A DNA stretch of 64,000 bases from Octopus vulgaris (Eukaryota). The notes below the pieces were generated by a model. It was given only the letters and a program-made list of their open reading frames with translations, did no database searches and was not told the DNA's origin. Numbering within the stretch: position 1 is the first letter of the stretch; each line of letters opens with the position of its first letter. Both the position numbers and the translations under genes were made by a program. The stretch covers positions 9,176,001 to 9,240,000 of the forward strand of contig OX597837.1 of assembly GCA_951406725.2 (NCBI GenBank), written 5' to 3'. Shown here piece by piece: positions 54,882 to 64,000 of the stretch.

Positions 54882-55750
54882 TATATAGTTTATGGGATGG
54901 TCAAATATGGAGTTTCTTTGATAAAGATTGATCCGGGGTTATATGAATAACAGATAATGACATATCGCAGTACACTAGTACTGAATGAATGTTGAGTTAG
55001 TCATGGATGGAACGCCTTTTAATTATAGATATGCTGCATCAAAATTGAGAAAGGGTGGTACGTTTTGTGTCGCAGCACGCTCTGTTTGAATAATCGATGG
55101 AGTGGCCATTGCTAATGCAAAGTCTTTGATCATTGGTTTGGTTGACAGAAGATGCTATTGTGCTTAACAAACACCAACACCACAGTAACGGCAACACAGA
55201 TAATGCTCCTTAGAGATATATGATGGCTGAATAGAAAATAGTACAGTTACAATTAGACCCCCTTTGATCATAGAAGAGAAGACATGCAGTTACACCACCG
55301 CAACTACTACCACCGCAACACCGCAAGTACAACATTAGTAGCAGTCCATGAATGATTTAAATTTGTAAACAGAATATTCCTTTGATAAAAGGACCATAAA
55401 TACAATCCAGTGTGATTATCCAAATACTGTTTTCTACCAAGCCTGAGAGCTCAAAAGACTGATTACCAAGGTTCTATGGCGTATAATTGTTCGAGATAAC
55501 ATTTCCCTGAACGGGTTGCTAGTACGCTTCATGGTTCGAGACCAGCTATTTCTGAGAGGAGGTCAAACTTTGAAGTTCATTCCATTCACACCAGCACATC
55601 ACTGGTATTTTATAGTATCGACCTCGAAAAGGATGATAGCCAATATTGACTTCAGTTTGAATTGAAAACCGAATGCAAAGCGCAGAACAGATGCCGCGAA
55701 CTAAGCATCGTATCCGAAACGTTAACGGTTCTGCCAGTATACGAACTCCT

Positions 55751-55842
55751 ACTCTTTTACTCGTTTACTTGTTTCACTCACTTGACTCCGGCCATGCTGG
55801 AGCAGCGCCTTTAGTCGAGCAAATCGACCCCAGGGCTTATTC
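55751..55842 (-). mobile_element. S1 SINE 3' end
   Basis: ACTCTTTTACTCGTTTACTTGTTTCA...GCCATGCTGGAGCAGCGCC. Confidence 0.8.
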
Positions 55843-56310
55843 ATATATATATAAGAATATATATGTATATATATATTTATATATATATATATATATGTGT
55901 GTGTGTATGTGTATGTATGTATGTATGTGTGTATGTGAGTATCCGTATGTATGTATGTATGTATGTATGGATGGATGGATGGATGGATGGATAATATACT
56001 ATATATATATTATCACAGATATATATATATATATATATATACATAAGCCAGTCTTCAGTTACAAATATTTACTTACAATTAACGGCTGGTATTTAATTAT
56101 ATTTCGTGAGAAAAAAAATAAGCGATTTCCTAGATATAATTATAGAGACATTTACAAATTAGTAACCATGGAAACTAGTAATTATGTTTAATGTCTTAGA
56201 ATACTGAGATTCGCTTCATGTTTGCTGCAAAATTACACCATCACACATGGCGCTTTATAGAATCTGCTTGTCTGCGTATGAATATATGTGTGTGCGTGTG
56301 TGCAGTTATA

Positions 56311-56820
<510 letters not shown>

Positions 56821-56848
56821 ACATACATACATATACATATACATACAT

Positions 56849-57141
<293 letters not shown>

Positions 57142-57536
57142 TAGTGGAGACACAGACAATCAGAAAGTTACGATTGTGAGAACGTGGTTTCGATTCCCAG
57201 ACCGGGCGTATGCATCTATATAAGTATGTAGACAAAGGGAGGGACAGAAACAGAGAGAGAGAGAGAGAGAGAGAGTGAGAGACAGGGAGAAAGAGAGAGA
57301 GAGAGAAAGGGAGAGAGATACATACATAGACAAATAGATAAATATTCATGTTTCTGTATATCTCGTATTGTTTATCATTCAAGAATTAATTCACTGCGTA
57401 ACTTTAACTGTTCTTTTATAATGTTTATTAATTACATAATAAAATTTCAGTCATTTGTGGTTCTGTTATTGAGAAATACATTCATAGGACACCCACACGC
57501 ACACACACAGACACACATGCACATACACACACAAGC

Positions 57537-57589
<53 letters not shown>

Positions 57590-57605
57590 GCATACACACA
57601 CACAC

Positions 57606-57662
<57 letters not shown>

Positions 57663-57921
57663 CATTTATGGATATATACGATAGATGACAATGGTTTGTT
57701 TATCTTGTGAGTAACGGTGTGAAATACTGAGTCAATGTGTGTGTGTGCGCGCAATTGTGCATGTATCTATGCATGAATAGATGTATATTCGTGTATATAC
57801 ATACGTCTCTAATGTGTCTACCTTTCTCTCTGTATCTGTAGCCATTTATATACAACTGTATATTAGTATAAGTATATATACCAAACTATATATATATATA
57901 TGTGTGTGTGCGTGTGTGCAA

Positions 57922-57989
<68 letters not shown>

Positions 57990-58185
57990 ACACACATACA
58001 CTGAGTCACACATACGTATATATGTATATATATAAACACACGCGCACACACGGACAGGTTGTGCCTGTATACATAATTAACTAGATGGTATGATGGAGAG
58101 CTTCTCTAACATATCCATACTTTTATCACTTTCGATTAATAAAGACCCACTCAATCACGTAGTCAGACACTTACACAAACTCTCT

Positions 58186-58227
<42 letters not shown>

Positions 58228-58698
58228 CTGTCTCTCTCTCTCTTTCTCACACACACACAGAGTGAAACACACACTAAGTCACATACTAGCAACCAGTTTA
58301 ATGACCCGGCTTCATAAATCTACACTCTATAACTATGCCTATCCAAATATCACAACAATTTCTTCACATCTTCACACGTTTCGTTCCTTATACCGGCCAA
58401 CCAACACCAGCGTGCGTGTTCCTGCGTTAATTTCAATTTGTGCTTGCTCTAAATTTTTCTCCCAGACGGCATTGGCTTTGCGAAACCTCTATCGAGAATT
58501 CCCAGAACCAATCAAAGATTCATTAATATGTCGGCTACTTTTCTCTTGGATTTGCTCTCTAATATTAATGACACCGAGTCCTGGCTGCGTTCAATTGAAA
58601 GGTCTTTCAACGTCACATGACTTCCAATTAATCATTCATACTCACCGTCTCGTCTTTCAATGAACATTTCGTCATATCTAGATAGATATCGATAACAT

Positions 58699-58760
<62 letters not shown>

Positions 58761-58890
58761 TTATATGTATATACACACATATATGTGTATATATATATAT
58801 ATATATACATATATATATGTACATATACATCATATATACATGTACATATACGTCATATATATATATATATACATATACATCATGTATATA

Positions 58891-58927
<37 letters not shown>

Positions 58928-59052
58928 AGAGAGAGAGAGAGACAGACAGATACATAGATACATACATACATACATAGATACATAGGTAGATAGATAGATA
59001 GACAGACAGATAGAGAGAAAGCTAGATAGATACGTTCATACATATATGCATG

Positions 59053-59084
<32 letters not shown>

Positions 59085-59300
59085 CATACATACATACATA
59101 CGTACGTACATACATTGGGATTTTTATAAGATATGCTACAAGGTCATAAACAGTATGTTAAAAACATACGTTATCCGCCTGCTGCGTCTCTCTAGCTGTT
59201 TCTCTACGTAGTTATTTATTTATCTTTCTTTTTACCTACTGTCTTTCTACTTACCTATTTATGAATCAATGTCTTTCGCTGTGGGTATTTATATATGAAT

Positions 59301-59748
59301 AGGGTAAAGACCCCTTTCGGTCAAGTGTGACTATGGGATTGCACCTAGAAGGTCTCTTGCCGAGGCAAGAGGCCAGGCAAGTTTGTTTTTGGAAGACGAC
59401 AGTTACTCATGCATACCAACCTCCATTCGCTACGCCACCGATGTTATCCAAGGTGAAAGGCAAAGGGGCTGATACAACTTGGCACCAGTGACGTCGCAAC
59501 TCATTTGTAGAGCTGAGTTAACTGGAGCAACGGGAAATAAAGTGTCTTGCTCAAGAACGCAACATGCAGCCCGCTCCGAGAATCGAACTCACAAAGACAC
59601 CATTCTGTCATGAATGACCATGGGATTACACCTTGCAAATTCGCTTCCGAGGCACAATTCAGGGAAAAGTTGTTTATGGAAAAGAAGCAGTCGCCCATGC
59701 ATACCACCCTTCGCGCTCCACGCCACCGATGTCATCCAAGGGAAAGGC
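59301..59748 (-). mobile_element. S6 SINE (59301-59594) plus a second partial tail copy (59602-59748)
   Basis: Both align to 38426-38720. Confidence 0.82.
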
Positions 59749-59779
59749 ATATATATGTATATATATGAGATAGAGAATA

Positions 59780-60262
59780 GGATGATGAGGATGATGGAGG
59801 AGGAGGGTGATGGGGATGATGAAGGGGACAACGACGACGATGATGATTGTGGTGAAGATGATGAGAATGACAATGGGGATGACGATGAGGATGATGATAA
59901 TGCTTCGATGATAATGACGAGGAGGAGGAGAAGGAGGAGGAGGAGAAGGAGGAGGAGGAGAAGGAGGAGGAGGAGGAGGAGGGGGAGGAGGGAGGAGGAG
60001 GAGGAGGAGGAGGAGGGGGAAGGGGATCAGGATGATGTGGATGACGACGGGTATTATGAGGAAGAAGTGCTGAGGAGACAAAGGAGGATGACGAGAAGAA
60101 TGAGAACCACTCCGTCGACGATGTCAGTCTATGAAGGTGCTGTTAGCGTTTTCGATCCCTGTTGCCTCCTGGATCCGCTACTGCTGCTGCTGCCGGTGCT
60201 GCTGCTGTTGATGTTGTTGCTGTTATTGTTGTCGATGTCGTTGTTGGTGATGGTGGTGGTGA
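59780..60262. repeat. Low-complexity (GAT)n/(GAG)n/(CTG)n/(GTT)n region
   Basis: Degenerate trinucleotide repeats. Confidence 0.85.
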
Positions 60263-60667
60263 TAATTAGAATGTCGTTTGTTTCTATTTCAATCCTTAAA
60301 AATGACGTCGAATACTTTGTTTCCATTTTGTTTTTTAAACCCACACGGAAAAAAAACACTGTAAGAAATATCACGACTGCAATCACACGACTCTATTAAG
60401 AAAGGCATTCAATAAATAACTGCTGTTTGTAAACGTATGTAAAAAGACATGCATATCCTTCTCACTCTCTCTCTCTCTCTCTCTCTCTCCCTATATATAT
60501 CTATATATATATATATATACAGAAAGAGAGAGAGAGAGAGAGAACGAGATAGAGAGAGAAAGACAAAGAGATAGAGAGACAGAGTCAAAAAACTCGAGCA
60601 ATTGCTTTTAATTTCAAAAAATCTTAATTCAAATATTATGACTGCAGGAAGAGCTCTGTGTGTATGT

Positions 60668-60753
<86 letters not shown>

Positions 60754-60827
60754 CATATATATATATTTATATACATATATATATATATATATTTATATGC
60801 GTATATATATATATATATATACACAAG

Positions 60828-61033
60828 TATATACAGTTATATAAATATAATTATAAAAATAAGGCCATTAAGGAATAGCGCCACATGTTAGAAATGAACG
60901 CGCTTTTCATTAGTGCCCTTATTTTTATAATTATATTTATATAATTGTATATACATGTATTAATTATTAGCTGCATGGTTCATTTCATGCTGGGCACTTC
61001 ATAAAAACCTCATAAAGATTTTATCCGTGATTG

Positions 61034-61037
<4 letters not shown>
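60828..61037 (+). mobile_element. Diverged family C element with 5' inverted duplication, in (TA)n
   Basis: 60828-60864 pairs with 60917-60953. Downstream TTTCATGCTGGGCACTTCATAA matches TTTCATGCTGGCCACTTGATAA at 41053. Confidence 0.55.
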
Positions 61038-61076
<39 letters not shown>

Positions 61077-61197
61077 ACATACATACATACATATATGTAT
61101 ATATATCTCATATATATATATATAAATATCGTATATATATATTTATGCACACACATACACACATATATTATATCCCCTGCAGGTAGAACAATATGGA

Positions 61198-61368
61198 ATG
61201 ATAATAATGGTGATAACAACAGCAAAAACAACAACAACAACAACAACTACGATAATAATAATAATAATAATATAAATAATAATAATAACAATAATAATAA
61301 TAATAATAATAATAATGATGATGATGATGATGATGATGATGACGATGATGATGATGATGATAATAATT
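61198..61368. repeat. (AAC)/(AAT)/(GAT) trinucleotide array
   Basis: Direct tandem repeat. Confidence 0.95.
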
Positions 61369-61838
61369 AGATTGCAGTTAAATTATTCCGACTTAGACTA
61401 TTACTCTGAAACCTTTCTAAAGCACAACAATATGCATTGAATACCGGATTATCACATTCAAATTATTTTAAAATTAATTACTAAATATTCCGAAATAATG
61501 TATTATTGCCAAAATACTTATACCACTATAAATCCGTTTCGAGAATAGGGATTAGGAAAAAAATTTGTAGAGTAAAATCATATCAAATTACTTTATTATA
61601 CATTCCTAAATCCATAGTTGCAAAATACATAATGAGATACTTTAGAATATATAATTACAAACCGGTTTCCCTTTTTATAATACATATTCATTGCTATTTA
61701 CGGGTGGAATGGCTTCATACTAGCCATCACCTAATACGAGGTGATGCTAAAATACTGTGCCGGCTGCTTGGCAAGAAGTTGGGGAAACCACATTTGTCAT
61801 TTACGACAGGAAAAACTGAAAAATAAATAACACCAAAT

Positions 61839-62002
61839 CGCAGGGGTGCTGTGAAATAAGAATCTTACTTCCCAACCACATGTTTTCGGGTTCAGTCCCA
61901 CTCCATAGCACATTAGGCTATTGTCTTCTACTAAATCCACCGTCTCACCAAAGCCTTATGAGTGAATTTGGTAGACGAAAACTGAAACAAGCCTGCCGTA
62001 TG

Positions 62003-62037
<35 letters not shown>

Positions 62038-62273
62038 ATGTATCTATATGTATGTGTGTGTATGAGAGAGAAAGAGAGTGTGTGAATGCGTCTGCATGCG
62101 TTTGTGTGTGTGTATTATTGTGTGTCTGTGTTTGTCCCCGCCACCATCGCGTTTACCCATAAGTTAGCGGTTCGGCAAAAGAGACTGTTAGAATAAGTAC
62201 TAAGCTTGCAAAGGATACGATTAAAGGCGATGCTACATCATGGCCGTAGGCAAATGATTGAAATACATAAAAA
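61839..62273 (+). mobile_element. S1 SINE, old full-length copy
   Basis: GGGTTCAGTCCCACT...GAGTGAATTTGGTAGACG...TAGCGGTTCGGCAAAAGAGAC. Confidence 0.82.
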
Positions 62274-62538
62274 GCGTAATACAATAATCATTCGACTATC
62301 GCGATTGCTACGTTCCAAAACCCACCGTGATAGGTGAAAATCCACGAAGTAGAAACAGTACGTTAAGGTATTTTTATTTTTTTGTTTACTATTTTTAGTA
62401 GGAAGAATCGATGTAAGCTTAAATAATAAACCGCGATGAGTGAGGCGCGATATGGCGAGGGATTACTGTACGCTCATACACTTATATTGTGAATCTAACG
62501 TATACCATTAGCGTTGCAATAACACATGCATACATATA

Positions 62539-63830
62539 AAGGCGGCGAGCTGGCAGAACCGTTAGCACGCCGGACGAAATGCATAGCAGTATTTCGTCTG
62601 CCGCTACATTCTGAGTTCAAATTCCACCGAGGTCGACTTTACCTTTCATCATTTCGGGGTCGATTAAATAAGTACCAGTTACGTACTGGGGTCGATCTAA
62701 TCGACTTAATCCATTTGTCTGTCCTTGTTTGTCCCCTCTGTGTTTATCCCCTTGTGGGTAGTAAAGAAATAGGTATTTCCTCCGTCTTTACGTTCTGTGT
62801 TCAAATTCCGCCGAGGTCGACTTTGCCTTTCATCCTTTTGGGGTCGATTAAATAGGTACCAGTTGCACACTGGGGTCAATATAATCGACTTAATTCGTTT
62901 GTCTGTCCTTGTTTGTCTCCTCTGTGTTTATCCCCTGGTGGGTAGTAAAGAAATAGGTATTTCCTCTGTCTTTACGTTCTGTGTTCAAATTCTGGCGAGG
63001 TCGACTTTGCCTTTCATCCTTTTGGGGTCGATTAAATAAGTACCAGTTGCACACTGGGGTCAATATAATCGACTTAATTCGTTTGTCTGTCCTTGTTTGT
63101 CTCCTCTGTGTTTATCCCCTGGTGGGCAGTAAAGAAATAGGTATTTCCTCCGTCTTTACGTTCTGTGTTCAAATTCCGCCGAGGTCGACTTTGCCTTTCA
63201 TCCTTTTGGGGTCGATTAAATAAGTACCAGTTGCACACTGGGGTCAATATAATCGACTTAATCCATTTGTCTGTCCTTGTTTGTCCCCTCTGTGTTTATC
63301 CCCTGGTGGGTAGTAAAGAAATAGGTATTTCCTCCGTCTTTACGTTCTGTGTTCAAATTCCGCCGAGGTCGACTTTGCCTTTCATCCTTTTGGGGTCGAT
63401 TAAATAGGTACCAGTTGCACACTGGGGTCAATATAATCGACTTAATTCGTTTGTCTGTCCTTGTTTGTCTCCTCTGTGTTTATCCCCTGGTGGGTAGTAA
63501 AGAAATAGGTATTTCCTCTGTCTTTACGTTCTGTGTTCAAATTCTGGCGAGGTCGACTTTGCCTTTCATCCTTTTGGGGTCGATTAAATAGGTACCAGTT
63601 GCGCACTGGGGTCAATATAATCGACTTAATTCGTTTGTCTGTCCTTGTTTGTCCCCTCTGTGTGTAGCCCCTTGTGGGCAGTAAAGAAATAAGAAATGTT
63701 AGCACGCCGAGTTCAACTTTGCCTTTTATCCTTTCGGAATCGATAAATTAAGTACCAGTTGCATTCTGGGGTCGTTCTAATCGACTGTCCTCCAAAATTT
63801 TGGGCCTTGTGCCTCGAGAAGAAAACCATT
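62539..63830 (+). mobile_element. S2 SINE array: head, six 184-bp units and a terminal deleted unit with the alternative tail
   Basis: Unit starts at 62588, 62772, 62956, 63140, 63324 and 63508. Final piece is 63692-63830. Confidence 0.92.
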
Positions 63831-64000
63831 ACACATACATATTTCATGTGTTTTTCGTTCTTTTATTACACTTCGAAATAAACATATGCAGAGGTGTAAC
63901 AACACACAAATACTCATACCACTATACTGCAGACACACATACAAAGTTACTCACGCAAACACGCTTCCGGAGACACTTTATAAATACACTTACAAACGTA

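Noticed and set aside
59614-60399. 261-aa acidic/Arg-rich ORF
   Set aside because: It starts inside an antisense S6 SINE and continues through (GAT)/(GAG)/(CTG) repeats, with frame-dependent switches between poly-D, poly-R and poly-E.
62526-63705. Repeated 80-aa ORFs, or a CRISPR-like array
   Set aside because: These are near-identical 184-bp SINE units with no unique spacers and no cas genes, in a eukaryotic context.

Overview
This is non-coding, extremely repeat-rich eukaryotic DNA, most likely an intron or intergenic region of an Octopus genome. That assignment rests on tRNA-derived SINEs recognised from memory and the very high density of (TA)n, (TCTA)n, (TACA)n and (AAT)n microsatellites. 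I can support no host protein-coding exon, and nearly all listed ORFs are microsatellite or SINE read-through. Recognisable elements are several modular SINE families (one forming 184-bp tandem arrays), a 5'-truncated L1/Tx1-clade LINE, CR1 and RTE remnants, two mariner remnants, a Ty3/Gypsy fragment, non-autonomous Helitrons, MITEs and decayed Penelope-like (PLE) GIY-YIG segments. Three signals stand out. (1) At least three families of 150-250 bp non-coding elements sit in (TA)n tracts and carry minimal type-I hammerhead ribozymes with palindromic stem III, some with non-canonical cores, often in tandem. (2) At least seven unrelated insertions have an inverted or fold-back end, including a 532-bp palindrome at the 5' end of the Tx1 LINE. 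(3) Microsatellite types appear to be partitioned among different retroelements. All alignments were done by eye, so boundaries may be off by a few bases.
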